Source: a virus
Virus record (IMG/VR): IMGVR_UViG_3300021226_000189
Reading direction: 5' to 3' (one strand)
Length of the DNA stretch: 64,000 nt
This document shows, one piece after another, positions 53,516 to 63,918 of the stretch. The position numbers and the translations under genes are program-made. The notes under the pieces were generated by a model. That model was not told the origin of the DNA, did no database searches, and was given only the letters and a program-made list of their open reading frames with translations. Each line of letters opens with the position of its first letter. Positions within the stretch are counted from its first letter, which is position 1.

Positions 53516-54272
53516 TAATTAATACCATTTTATGATGATAAATATCAGTTGCTTCTCTACCATCAGCAAACCACTTAGATGGAAAATATGCTTCGGTATT
53601 TCCAATCAAAGATGCCCACCAAGAAAAAGTAGAATTACTCCCCACGATAATATCACACTTTGACATTAAAGCAAGTTCTTTAATATCAGATTGCGATTTC
53701 ATTATAGTGAATTCTTTACCTTTAAATTCCTCCAAAACAATTTCAGGTGAATCTGTGAATCCCCAAATTTTAGCACCCTTTACAACTTCGGGTGTGAAGA
53801 TATCAAACATTTTATTAAAATATTCAGTTTTACATACGTGATGTATCGGTGCATGATTGAGATAATCACCTCTTCTTATATGAAAAGCGATATTGACAAC
53901 ACCTAAATGTGTGGGGATATCAACTTCTGGTAAATTTAATAATGATATAAATTCATCTTTATATTCCTCGAAATATTTCAAAGATTGGAAGTATCCGTTC
54001 AATGACACTGTTCCTTCATAAAAGGGTAATTCATCATAATTAAATCGTTTTTCGTGGATGCCGATCACATCTCTAGTGAGACACTTACCATATTCAAAAT
54101 TCTTGAAAATCGTATCCTTATACACTAAAGGATTGGTTCCTTGACCAGCAAACCAATTATAAGGATTGATGATCAATTTCTTACCATGTTTTTTGGCATA
54201 AGCATAACCAGCAGCTATTTGGAATAACTGATTACCGACACCGCCAATAACATTCACGTAACAATTAGACAT
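53505..54272 (-). CDS. GT11 alpha-1,2-fucosyltransferase-like
   Basis: GGVGNQLFQ, GYFQ, HIRRGDY, NSTFSWW. Confidence 0.9.
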   Translation of the reverse strand: MSNCYVNVIGGVGNQLFQIAAGYAYAKKHGKKLIINPYNWFAGQGTNPLVYKDTIFKNFEYGKCLTRDVIGIHEKRFNYDELPFYEGTVSLNGYFQSLKYFEEYKDEFISLLNLPEVDIPTHLGVVNIAFHIRRGDYLNHAPIHHVCKTEYFNKMFDIFTPEVVKGAKIWGFTDSPEIVLEEFKGKEFTIMKSQSDIKELALMSKCDIIVGSNSTFSWWASLIGNTEAYFPSKWFADGREATDIYHHKMVLINDF

Positions 54273-54274
54273 AT

Positions 54275-54871
54275 TTAAAATTGAAACAATATAATTTTGT
54301 TATCGTAGTATGTTCCAAAATCAAAATATGAAAATTCTGCCTTTGGAGTTTTTTTCAATATGTTGAGTAATCCGTTTGGATCATAACCAACATCTTCTAT
54401 TATAATAACACCTCCCTTTTCTATTTTATCAGAATATAATTCCAACAATTTAACATGAGAATCTGGAGAATGAGGGCCATCATCGATAAGAATCGTTATA
54501 TTTTCAAATTTATTCGCTATTTCCTCGGTATATGCGTCTCCTACTATATACTCAACATTTTTTCCAGAAATCCATTCATTATTTATTGGTACAGAATGTT
54601 CATTTTTATCATATAGATTATCTAAACCATATATTTTACTATCTTCTGAAAAGTATTCTCTCCATAATTTTAAAGATGCTCCACTTCTAACCCCAATTTC
54701 GACTATAGTGTTATTATTGTCTCTAAATTTTTTAAAGAAATCTTCATAAAATTTATCTATATAAGATTTTGGATGACCTTTATCTGTCCCGTAATTGGGA
54801 TTAACTCTCATATTTTCTTCATCGAAAATATTCAGTTTATATTCATTTAAAATTTGTTTCAATGTTTTCAT
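54275..54871 (-). CDS. Class I SAM methyltransferase
   Basis: GTDK, VEIGVRSGAS, IDDGPH, IIEDV. Confidence 0.85.
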   Translation of the reverse strand: MKTLKQILNEYKLNIFDEENMRVNPNYGTDKGHPKSYIDKFYEDFFKKFRDNNNTIVEIGVRSGASLKLWREYFSEDSKIYGLDNLYDKNEHSVPINNEWISGKNVEYIVGDAYTEEIANKFENITILIDDGPHSPDSHVKLLELYSDKIEKGGVIIIEDVGYDPNGLLNILKKTPKAEFSYFDFGTYYDNKIILFQF

Positions 54872-55683
54872 AGTAATTTATTTATAATTTCATATATATT
54901 ATTCTCCGTATGGAATCCCATATCATTTATTTTCGATGTATCTAAATACATCGACTCAACTTGTACAATTTTATGGAAATCTGATGCTTCCATACTTCCT
55001 ATTTCGCTAGAAGAATTTATTGCTCGATGTGCATAATCTATAATATCTCTGAATAAGATTGGTTTCCCACTCGATAAATTATATGTTTCACCACTTTTTC
55101 CTTCAGACATTAAAAATTCAATACCAGAAACAACATCATCTATATGGATATAATCTCTATAAAAATAACCATTGTTATAGAGATTAATCGGGTTGTTTTC
55201 CTTCATCTCATTTATCAAATATTGAAGAGCGTTTTTCTTTTTTGAAATTTTAGAATCAGTATTTCCAACCACATTACCTAATCTTATTATTTTATAATTA
55301 ATATTGAATGTTTTACAGTAAGAATGGATTAACAATTCAGCCGCATATTTAGTTATCGAATAAAATCCTCTTGGATTGCAAATCGAATCCTCTCTAGCTG
55401 GAAGGGTGGTGTCCCCATATACAAACCAAGAACTTATAAAGGTAAATTCCATACCTTTTATTTTTCTACATTCATCCAATACGTTCATAAGATGAATGAG
55501 ATTTGTATTTATATCTAACTTAGAATCTGTTAAAACGTTGTAATTATCAACGGTGCTTATCAAGTATAAAACTTTATCACTAAGAGGAGTGAAAGAGTTT
55601 CTATCTATGATTACGACATCGGACTTCTTTTTATCACAAAAAGCCTGTCCTATAAAACCACTACCACCAAATACAGATATCAT
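54868..55683 (-). CDS. NAD-dependent epimerase/dehydratase
   Basis: GGSGFIG, YSITK, RDYIHIDD. Confidence 0.9.
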   Translation of the reverse strand: MISVFGGSGFIGQAFCDKKKSDVVIIDRNSFTPLSDKVLYLISTVDNYNVLTDSKLDINTNLIHLMNVLDECRKIKGMEFTFISSWFVYGDTTLPAREDSICNPRGFYSITKYAAELLIHSYCKTFNINYKIIRLGNVVGNTDSKISKKKNALQYLINEMKENNPINLYNNGYFYRDYIHIDDVVSGIEFLMSEGKSGETYNLSSGKPILFRDIIDYAHRAINSSSEIGSMEASDFHKIVQVESMYLDTSKINDMGFHTENNIYEIINKLL

Positions 55684-56966
55684 TGGAATTTTGAAATTAC
55701 GTCTTCAATATAATCAAATACTGGCTGCGTGTAATGCGGTGCAGCCCCAACAAAAAATACAGAATTCAACACTTTGTTAGCTTCGGGATATTTTTTATAG
55801 TCATCCAAGTTTTTATACCCAGGATGTAAGAGAATATTTCCAGCAAAATAATTTCTCGTTTGAATTTTATTATCTTCTAAATGCTTAACGATTCTATGCT
55901 TAACGCCAATATCTTCACAGATAAATGGTGTGCCGAACCAACAAGGATCTGCTTTTTCTAAAACTTTCGGGCTTCTAATATTAGAGATATGTTTATTGAA
56001 AATTTCTGATATTTTACGATTAGAATTTCTTCTATTGGATTCCATTTCATCCAATTTTTCAAGCTGAACCAAACCGATAGCACCTTGTAAATCTAAAGGT
56101 TTTAAATTATACCCCATTTCAGAAAAAACATATTTATGATCTATAACACCGTCAAAATTCTCCAACCAATTATCAAATCTATTACCACATGTTCCACAAG
56201 GAAGCAAATTTGCAGCCCCCACACAGTAACAATCTCTACCCCACCAACTCAAACTAACAAACAATTTTTTAAGTTCGATATCGTTTGAACATACCATACC
56301 ACCCTCTCCAGTTGAGATATGGTGAGCAGGATAAAAAGAATTAGAATACGCTACGTAGTATTCATTGAGATATTTTCCATCCCACTTACTCCCCAAACTA
56401 TCGCAATTATCACCTACCAAAAGAATTCCATGTTTTTCACTGATAGCAATCAATCTATCCATATCAGGAGGATTTCCCAATACTGGAGAGACAAAAATAG
56501 CTTTTGTTTTATTTGTTATTTTGGATTCGATTTGTTCTAAATCGAAGTTTAAAGTATCCCATTCAATATCAACAAATACAGGAGTTAATTTATTTTGATA
56601 GATAACAGAAACGGTAGTAGCGAACCCAACAGGAGATACAATCACTTCATCTCCGTCTTGCCAATTAAATCTTCGTTTTAATGCTGAAATTAAAACAAGA
56701 TTCGCGGAACTTCCAGAGTTCACCATATGTCCATATTTGGTATTAAACCTTTTAGAAAATTGACTTTCAAATTTATGAACCTTTTCTCCAGCAGTGATCC
56801 ACTTACCATTTAAAAATGAATCTAATGCTGCTTCAGTCTCTCGATTATCCCAGTATGGACCAGAATAATAAATCGGTGTTTTACCAGCTTTAAATTCTTT
56901 AGCATTGTAGATATAAGGCGATACATGATTGCCTACCAGTGTTTTGATATCTTCTTTTAAGATCAT
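55680..56966 (-). CDS. rfbH: RfbH-like PLP/PMP-dependent sugar 3-dehydratase (DegT family)
   Basis: NSGSSANL, DNCDSLG, SFYPAHHISTGEGG (His in place of Lys), WGRDCYC, YDHKY-like IDHKY. Confidence 0.9.
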   Translation of the reverse strand: MILKEDIKTLVGNHVSPYIYNAKEFKAGKTPIYYSGPYWDNRETEAALDSFLNGKWITAGEKVHKFESQFSKRFNTKYGHMVNSGSSANLVLISALKRRFNWQDGDEVIVSPVGFATTVSVIYQNKLTPVFVDIEWDTLNFDLEQIESKITNKTKAIFVSPVLGNPPDMDRLIAISEKHGILLVGDNCDSLGSKWDGKYLNEYYVAYSNSFYPAHHISTGEGGMVCSNDIELKKLFVSLSWWGRDCYCVGAANLLPCGTCGNRFDNWLENFDGVIDHKYVFSEMGYNLKPLDLQGAIGLVQLEKLDEMESNRRNSNRKISEIFNKHISNIRSPKVLEKADPCWFGTPFICEDIGVKHRIVKHLEDNKIQTRNYFAGNILLHPGYKNLDDYKKYPEANKVLNSVFFVGAAPHYTQPVFDYIEDVISKFQ

Positions 56967-57046
56967 AATTATTTTATGGTTGAATTAAAAATATAGGGGT
57001 TCGAATCTCTCGATTACATAATGAGCGTCTTCCACATTTTCCAAGA

Positions 57047-57074
57047 ATTCTAATACCTTCTTGTAAAAAGTCAA
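57047..57074 (-). promoter_or_regulatory. Sigma70-like promoter for the sugar-pathway genes
   Basis: TTGACT-N16-TAGAAT. Confidence 0.7.
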
Positions 57075-57118
57075 GGGTCTTAATTTTATTTGATTCTTGG
57101 AAATTCCAAAATTCCATA

Positions 57119-57763
57119 TTAATCAAATAATCCTTTTTTCCCATGGAAAGCAAATGGTTTAATTCCTATGGTTTCTGGTAATTGGGTTTCATGTGAAAAA
57201 TATTTAGCAACATCAATATCCGCAAATTTCATCCCATGCTCTTTGTATACGTGACGATAATTGACGCATATAAACCCATCTTCATTACTAAATCCATGGA
57301 AAGATTTCCATTCCAATTTTAATTCTGAAGCTAGATCTGTCAATTTTTTACTTCTTAAAGAAACACTATTGCCGACTCGTATTAATTCACCATTTATATC
57401 TCTGTAAGAAAAATTATCATTGGGAAGCGGCCATGGTGCGCCAATGTAATCGTATTTTAAAAATTCATCTCTCCACATTTCAGGATTAATTATAAACCCA
57501 TCATCATGAATCAAAATTAAAAATTCTGTATCAACGTGTTTCCCTAATTTATAAATTATATCATGATTCCACTCGTCTATATTTGACATTTTTTCAGTGA
57601 ATTCGTGAGTGATTTGATCAGGAAGATTTTCGGGTGTAACGTCAGAAACAATTTTAACAGCCCCAAAATTTATACCACGCATACTATACTGCAAAGCTTT
57701 TATAGTCTGTGGAATTTTCACAGATGTCATCGCAATTAATGTAACATTTGGAAGATCGATCAT
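57119..57763 (-). CDS. DUF5672-like glycosyltransferase-related protein
   Basis: IHDDGFIIN, YDYIGAPW, VGNSVSLRS, NEDGFIC. Confidence 0.75.
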   Translation of the reverse strand: MIDLPNVTLIAMTSVKIPQTIKALQYSMRGINFGAVKIVSDVTPENLPDQITHEFTEKMSNIDEWNHDIIYKLGKHVDTEFLILIHDDGFIINPEMWRDEFLKYDYIGAPWPLPNDNFSYRDINGELIRVGNSVSLRSKKLTDLASELKLEWKSFHGFSNEDGFICVNYRHVYKEHGMKFADIDVAKYFSHETQLPETIGIKPFAFHGKKGLFD

Positions 57764-57766
57764 ATT

Positions 57767-58633
57767 TTATTGTTTAATCATGTGGTGATATTTTTCAATA
57801 TTATTCAACAAATATTTTGGATAAGATTCATCTACTGGAACTAATTCAAGTTTACTTCTTGAAAACGGATCGATATTATTCTCAATATTGAAATTAATTT
57901 TGTCGAGAATATCTTGATTGTTGAGTTCTTGGTGGGAATAAGCCTTTATTTTATTTTTAACGTGATTTTGATCACCCATAAAACTAAAGTGCCACCCTCC
58001 ATTTGATAACTCACAATTTTTTTGCGCTCGTAGTTCATTGAATGAATAGTGTTTAATATTTTTAAATCTACTGATCCGAGAACCTTTCCAATTGTATTCT
58101 TTCAATAAATTTATATAGTAATAATAAGTGGTTTGTTGGAGGGTAAAGAACGGCTCCATATCAATAAACTTATCAACTTTTGATAAAATTTCAGGGTTTG
58201 GGATTTCATCACAATCAGACAATATGATTATATCATCATCTGAACAATCCACTAATCCCCTTCTCACAGATTCTTTTTGAAAGAAATCCCGCCCATAATG
58301 GGGATGTATTTCGGGGATAAATAATTTCGTGTCATTTATAAATTTGTATATATCTTTCAGACATTCCTCATCGAATGATTTGGGAGTATCTATGGTTGGT
58401 AGATTCGTGAAATCTGTTGGAATATCGTTAATTTTAATATGAATTATTTTATGGAGAAATTTGGAAAATCTCTCTTTATTATCTTCGAAAATATAAGATT
58501 TCGGAAGACCACTATGGGTAACATCCGCTTCACACAACACGAAATAATCGACATATTCATCTAGTATATTGAAGCGGAGTTCTAATAAATCTAATTCATT
58601 AAAAAATATAAAACAGTCGTAAATTTTTCTCAT
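57767..58633 (-). CDS. GT17-like GlcNAc transferase
   Basis: YDCFIFFNELDLLELR, SDCDEIP, GGWHFSFMG. Confidence 0.9.
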   Translation of the reverse strand: MRKIYDCFIFFNELDLLELRFNILDEYVDYFVLCEADVTHSGLPKSYIFEDNKERFSKFLHKIIHIKINDIPTDFTNLPTIDTPKSFDEECLKDIYKFINDTKLFIPEIHPHYGRDFFQKESVRRGLVDCSDDDIIILSDCDEIPNPEILSKVDKFIDMEPFFTLQQTTYYYYINLLKEYNWKGSRISRFKNIKHYSFNELRAQKNCELSNGGWHFSFMGDQNHVKNKIKAYSHQELNNQDILDKINFNIENNIDPFSRSKLELVPVDESYPKYLLNNIEKYHHMIKQ

Positions 58634-59541
58634 AATATATTGTGTTGTTTGTAAAATTGTTGCGCTTCTTCTTTACACTCATCGTAATTGAACATATTCC
58701 CATCACGATCAATATATTTGAAAAATCTAGAATATACATCCCCTGTCGCCCAATATCCATTGCTCACATTGTGTCTAGCCCAATATTTTGGAGCTATGAT
58801 TTCTTTACATTTTGTATTCAACCAAGCTGCCCACCATCCAAAAGACGAATTGGATATGATCAGCCACTTAGCTTGATTCACTACATAAAAATCAAATCCA
58901 ACATCAACATGAATAGTTGGAATATCAAACGGCATGAATGTTTTACTAAGATTCACATCATCAGTAATAACCAAGAATTTCATATTTGAATTGTTTTTCA
59001 ACATATGATTTATTGAATCCCTCCAATATTCTTTCCTCAATAAAACATTATATAATCCTGTATATTCACCACCTCTAAAATTAATCACACATAAATCGTC
59101 ATTTAAGGAAATACCCATCTCTGATAATTGATCATCATATTTTTTCTTATAGTCATCATTAATAGAAAACCATTCTAATACGTCAGATCTCCTATCTATA
59201 ATATAATCCTCTGATTGAAATAATCCACCAAATGCACCATTATCACCCAACATTATGGTATTATCTTCAATATGGTAAAGACGTTTATCCAAGACGGTAA
59301 CATTAACTTGATCAACGTGATAGATACTTATCCACCTTTCATGAAACTCTTTGGTTATACCTTCAACTGGTTTACCAAAATCAACATTCATAAATTTCAT
59401 CTGGTTATCCCCGTTGAAATAATCATGAGTAGGGGAAGACGTAATCCCCCACTCGTAACCTTTATATTCAGCTATAATTCTACACACAGCATATTGCCAC
59501 ATATGATTCCCTAAATTCCCCGTCAAATTTGTTGTGATCAT
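58630..59541 (-). CDS. GT11-like fucosyltransferase
   Basis: GNLGNHMWQ, NFRGGEY, NSSFGWW. Confidence 0.85.
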   Translation of the reverse strand: MITTNLTGNLGNHMWQYAVCRIIAEYKGYEWGITSSPTHDYFNGDNQMKFMNVDFGKPVEGITKEFHERWISIYHVDQVNVTVLDKRLYHIEDNTIMLGDNGAFGGLFQSEDYIIDRRSDVLEWFSINDDYKKKYDDQLSEMGISLNDDLCVINFRGGEYTGLYNVLLRKEYWRDSINHMLKNNSNMKFLVITDDVNLSKTFMPFDIPTIHVDVGFDFYVVNQAKWLIISNSSFGWWAAWLNTKCKEIIAPKYWARHNVSNGYWATGDVYSRFFKYIDRDGNMFNYDECKEEAQQFYKQHNIL

Positions 59542-60243
59542 TTATTTTTCGTATTTGGATTTAATATAAAAATGTTCATTGTCAATCATGTGGCTGGTGG
59601 TTGCTTGGGTTGTTTGTCCAGACCAAGTTCTCACCACTCCCAACGGAATATTACTCTGTAAAATAGTCGGTTGTCCATATTTCATAATCATTCTATGATA
59701 GAATTCTGTGTCCATCATATATGAAAGTTTCTCATCGAAGAAATTATCATCGTTGATAAAATATATTACACTCGGTGGTCCTAATGTATTAATACCATTA
59801 ATGAAATTATCGTTACTATATGGAGTTCTCTGATTATAATATGCATTGGTATCACCGTTCAAATGTGTGTATTCATGAGCATACCAAGTATCTTCTAAGT
59901 TATTCAGAACATGTTTTAATGATTTTGAATTATAAAAAAAATCATCTTGGAACAATGGTTTGATGTATTTACCAGAGCTATTTTTAATACAGTTATTTAA
60001 ATTTGCCGACATCGATCCACGCCCATGAGAATTTTTAAAATATTTGATATTTAAATCTTTAAAATTATCACAACACTTTTCAATTTCATTATCAAGAGAA
60101 TGGTCAGAAACGATAATTTCGACATTCGATAGATCACATTCCTGCGCTCTTATAATTGATAAAGATTCACTCAAATACTTCACCCCAACACCACTCATTT
60201 CGTAGCAAGGAACACATAATGATAATAGTGGTTTATCTATCAT
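59542..60243 (-). CDS. Glycosyltransferase family 2
   Basis: IIVSDHS, PLFQDDFF, MDTEFY. Confidence 0.85.
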   Translation of the reverse strand: MIDKPLLSLCVPCYEMSGVGVKYLSESLSIIRAQECDLSNVEIIVSDHSLDNEIEKCCDNFKDLNIKYFKNSHGRGSMSANLNNCIKNSSGKYIKPLFQDDFFYNSKSLKHVLNNLEDTWYAHEYTHLNGDTNAYYNQRTPYSNDNFINGINTLGPPSVIYFINDDNFFDEKLSYMMDTEFYHRMIMKYGQPTILQSNIPLGVVRTWSGQTTQATTSHMIDNEHFYIKSKYEK

Positions 60244-60244
60244 A

Positions 60245-60862
60245 TCACTTCAACCATGTGTAATCACATTTACATTCATCCACATCACTATAATCATCAC
60301 CCTGCCACACTACAGACTTTTCACCGTTTTTCAAAACATAAGATGGAAATGCTCTATGGAAAGCTGCGTAGTAAACATCTACGGGTGCATTTGCTTCAGC
60401 AATCAGGTGTAGTATTTTAGGTATAATATCACATTTGATGGCATATGCATGTGTTGTTAAAGATGACACCATTCTAAATACATTATTTTTAACATGTGTT
60501 AAACCATTCAAATGATTACCACCCAAGTATAAAAATTTCCAATCATCAGGAACATCTATCAAGTTATTCTCAAAAAAAGAATTCAAGCCCTCATCGAATG
60601 ATACGTCATCTTCAAATACTAATATTTTCTCATACCCTTCTTTAAGAGCTTTATTTAAAATATTCCAATGACTAGATAAGCAAGCTAGAGGTCCATTAGC
60701 TATTTTAGATTCATTTTTGATATTATTTTTATCAATAGCAGAAAATCTATCGACAATTATACCATCTCTTTCAAAGAGATTGGAACATTTTTCCCATCTA
60801 TCTGGTCGTCTATCCAGATTTATACAATAAATTTTATCGAAATATTCGTTCAATTTTTTCAT
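60245..60862 (-). CDS. Glycosyltransferase family 25
   Basis: INLDRRPDR, ACLSSH, VFEDD, THAY. Confidence 0.9.
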   Translation of the reverse strand: MKKLNEYFDKIYCINLDRRPDRWEKCSNLFERDGIIVDRFSAIDKNNIKNESKIANGPLACLSSHWNILNKALKEGYEKILVFEDDVSFDEGLNSFFENNLIDVPDDWKFLYLGGNHLNGLTHVKNNVFRMVSSLTTHAYAIKCDIIPKILHLIAEANAPVDVYYAAFHRAFPSYVLKNGEKSVVWQGDDYSDVDECKCDYTWLK

Positions 60863-61548
60863 AAATTAGCAACATCTTTATTATATTGTTCAATGACTTG
60901 TAACCCCAAATTAAAAAGATGGATATTATCATGAGTTCCTCCGATATCAATATCGGTATCTCCATTGCTGGGGTTATATTTCTGAACTCTCCAAGACATG
61001 CCTTCGTAATGTTTGAAGTATTTATTTTCCATTTTAGCGTTTGCAACTGTTAATTCTGCTTTGATAACATCTTCAAACATTGTAGATCCGATATCATAAA
61101 TTCTTTCAGATTTTATTTCTTTAGTTCTATAATGATCGTAGAATCTAATATTATTCGTTTTCAACTGTTCTAAATCTATAAAGCAAAACCAAGGATTCAC
61201 TCTCGGATATAATGATTTTCCGCCACGATCACCAACAACTTCTCCCATTAGAGCAAATCCATCTTCTTTAAAGGTTTCATATGGTTTTGTTATATCTTGT
61301 AAGAACAAGACATCGGAATCGACGAGTAACATGTATCTAGTTTCCACAAGATCGAAAGCAGCATTGACAGCATTTCCATGTGAGGTGTTCAACATTTTAA
61401 TATTTTGAACTCCCATCATAGATGATTTTCCAGTATCTATCACCATTATTTTAGGCAATACTGTGCAATTTTTTTCTATAGATTTTTTAAGATTCGCGAT
61501 AAGGTCTGGAGTATCGCAATTACACGTTACAATCGTCAAATCATCCAT
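60859..61548 (-). CDS. GT-A fold glycosyltransferase
   Basis: VIDTG, HGNAVN, LVDSD. Confidence 0.7.
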   Translation of the reverse strand: MDDLTIVTCNCDTPDLIANLKKSIEKNCTVLPKIMVIDTGKSSMMGVQNIKMLNTSHGNAVNAAFDLVETRYMLLVDSDVLFLQDITKPYETFKEDGFALMGEVVGDRGGKSLYPRVNPWFCFIDLEQLKTNNIRFYDHYRTKEIKSERIYDIGSTMFEDVIKAELTVANAKMENKYFKHYEGMSWRVQKYNPSNGDTDIDIGGTHDNIHLFNLGLQVIEQYNKDVANL

Positions 61549-62384
61549 TTTTTCTTAATTTCTTTTAAAGATTTTCCGAATTCATCCATTTCAGCTAAAG
61601 GTGTCTGTGCTGGCAAATGTCCGTGTTTTTCGAAAAACACTTTATCAGCATTTTCGACATTTTTCACAAACGATGGACTGGAACAAATGGAAGATGTTTC
61701 CATTGACCACCCATCATCACCAATATATTCCCAAGAATTTTCAATATCAGCAAACCACCAAAAAGGAGGATGATATCCTTTTTTAATAATCTCATATGTG
61801 TGGTCAACGTGTTCACAAGCATTATAATATCTATCATCCATCAGACCGACATCACTTAAACATTTCCTAGAATAATATGAAAATGAACCAACGCAGTGTT
61901 GGTAAAACGATATTCCAATATCATCATACTTCACGGTTATTTTTGGATTAGGGGTGATATTACCCATATCATCTCTCACTTTATTAGCAAATCCATGTTG
62001 TGAAAAATTGAAGTGTTGGATACCACTTTTCTTAGAGGCGTTAATATATGCTCGAAATACATCAGGTTTTTTGATAAACATATCATCTTCAATCAAGAAG
62101 ATATGCTCACACCCAACGTCAATTAAAAATGATAATGCTCTATTTTTAGAAGCACCCACTCCTATATTTTTTTGGAGTGTTTCTATACGTGTTTGTTTGT
62201 TTCGCCAAACAAAAGATCCTTCGACATATCCACCGTCACCGTAAGATCGTTCATTTTTTGTGTCCTCGAAAACATACAAGACATCAATGTGAGCATCACA
62301 TTGCCGAAGCGATTCTTCTAATTTTTTATACATGTCGGGTCTTCCGCATGTGATGATACCAACTCCTATTTTATCAATCCTCAT
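61536..62384 (-). CDS. Glycosyltransferase family 2-like
   Basis: GVGASKNRAL, FLIEDD, VGLMDD. Confidence 0.85.
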   Translation of the reverse strand: MRIDKIGVGIITCGRPDMYKKLEESLRQCDAHIDVLYVFEDTKNERSYGDGGYVEGSFVWRNKQTRIETLQKNIGVGASKNRALSFLIDVGCEHIFLIEDDMFIKKPDVFRAYINASKKSGIQHFNFSQHGFANKVRDDMGNITPNPKITVKYDDIGISFYQHCVGSFSYYSRKCLSDVGLMDDRYYNACEHVDHTYEIIKKGYHPPFWWFADIENSWEYIGDDGWSMETSSICSSPSFVKNVENADKVFFEKHGHLPAQTPLAEMDEFGKSLKEIKKKWMI

Positions 62385-63118
62385 ACTTTAAAATTCTTAA
62401 TTTGTTTAGTCAAATTCTTAAATTCGTTATCTTTTTCTTTCCACTGACCTTGTTCTTTCAACATTTGTTCCATCATCTCTAAATTTTTAGGATCGAGAAC
62501 ACTGCTTTCCGTTTCAATTAAATCACCTTTTGTATTGATAAATTCACCAACCCAAGCAATTCTATCATCAAGATTTGGGATATTTTCAATGGGAATGATT
62601 GCAGGGCAGTCCTCTGAAATAAAGAAAGGTGTATCCTCTAAGTGATCAGAATACTGTTCGTAAAGTCCTGTGAAGATATCATCAATTTCTTTAACATATT
62701 CTAGATTTGTGTCTCTCAATCCATCAGCAACTACTTTAATAGAGGGGTCGTATTTAATCCAGAAAATAATATCAAGATTCTTCAAAGAACGACGAACTAC
62801 ATCAACAGTAATACCAAGAACATCTTCCGATACCAAATCTCTTTCAGTGGCATGGAGAGTGTATACCAAGTTGTCTAAAGGGCAACGATCATACACCACA
62901 TATTTTTCATTTTTATTTATCTCCAAAGATTGTGTCATCCAATCTAAAATAAGTAATTGTGTCTCCGCTGTGGTATTTGACGAATGCTTTAGATCATTCT
63001 CCTTGATAATATCTCTATATGTTTTAAGTGGGGTTTTATACATCGGCCATTTTTGTAAAAATGACTTAATCAATGTCGATTTTCCAGTATTATGCGCTCC
63101 AGCAAATGCGATTTTCAT
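62381..63118 (-). CDS. P-loop nucleotide kinase (AAA_28/dNMP kinase-like)
   Basis: GAHNTGKST, YDRCPLD. Confidence 0.75.
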   Translation of the reverse strand: MKIAFAGAHNTGKSTLIKSFLQKWPMYKTPLKTYRDIIKENDLKHSSNTTAETQLLILDWMTQSLEINKNEKYVVYDRCPLDNLVYTLHATERDLVSEDVLGITVDVVRRSLKNLDIIFWIKYDPSIKVVADGLRDTNLEYVKEIDDIFTGLYEQYSDHLEDTPFFISEDCPAIIPIENIPNLDDRIAWVGEFINTKGDLIETESSVLDPKNLEMMEQMLKEQGQWKEKDNEFKNLTKQIKNFKV

Positions 63119-63180
63119 ATCAATAAATTTACCAAGAGATTGATAAAAATCAAGTGTCTTTCTGTTAAATAATAATACAT

Positions 63181-63918
63181 ATGTCAGTTAAAAAGACACC
63201 TCGCAAGAGGAAAGAACGGGATGTGACAGAAGAATTTACTGAACACATCAAAAAGGGATTTGATTTAGCAAATTTGTATTTGAAAAACAATTACCCAATG
63301 ACTGATAATCAACAGACATTTTATTATATGTCTCAAAGTCCGAGAAATAATATGGTGTTTGTGAATGGACCAGCGGGGAGCGCGAAAACGCATTTAGCGG
63401 TATTTTCTGCGTTGGAGCTTCTGAAAAATGGACATGTTGATAAAATAATCTACATTCGTTCTGTGGTGGAAAGTTCTTCTCGTTCTATCGGATACTTGAA
63501 AGGGGATGAGAATGAAAAGTTCTTACCTTATATCATGCCGATGCTTGATAAATTAAATGAAATTTTATCTAAGCCTGATATTACTCATTTGATGGAAAAT
63601 GAATACATTAAAGCAATACCAGTAAACTTTGTTAGGGGTCTTACATTTCATCGCTGTGCCGTGATCATTGATGAAGCTCAGAACATGACAAGAGGAGAGT
63701 TGACTACCATTCTAACTAGATTCGGTAAACACTCACGATACTTCGTATTGGGAGATGCTGCACAAGCAGATATCAAAGACTCTGGTTTCACTTCCGTGTA
63801 TGAAGCATTTGACACTGATTACTCAAGAAAAAATGAGATTCAATGTGTCAAATTTGATACGGGAGATATTGTGAGATCACAAATACTGAAGCACATCACG
63901 CAAGTCTTGAAAGTCTAA
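63181..63918 (+). CDS. phoH: PhoH-like ATPase
   Basis: GPAGSAKT, RGLTF, IDEAQN, GDAAQAD, DIVRS. Confidence 0.93.
   Translation: MSVKKTPRKRKERDVTEEFTEHIKKGFDLANLYLKNNYPMTDNQQTFYYMSQSPRNNMVFVNGPAGSAKTHLAVFSALELLKNGHVDKIIYIRSVVESSSRSIGYLKGDENEKFLPYIMPMLDKLNEILSKPDITHLMENEYIKAIPVNFVRGLTFHRCAVIIDEAQNMTRGELTTILTRFGKHSRYFVLGDAAQADIKDSGFTSVYEAFDTDYSRKNEIQCVKFDTGDIVRSQILKHITQVLKV

Noticed and set aside
17129-63918. mazG, thyX, nrdAB and phoH as novelties
   Set aside because: These are routine auxiliary genes in large T4-like phages
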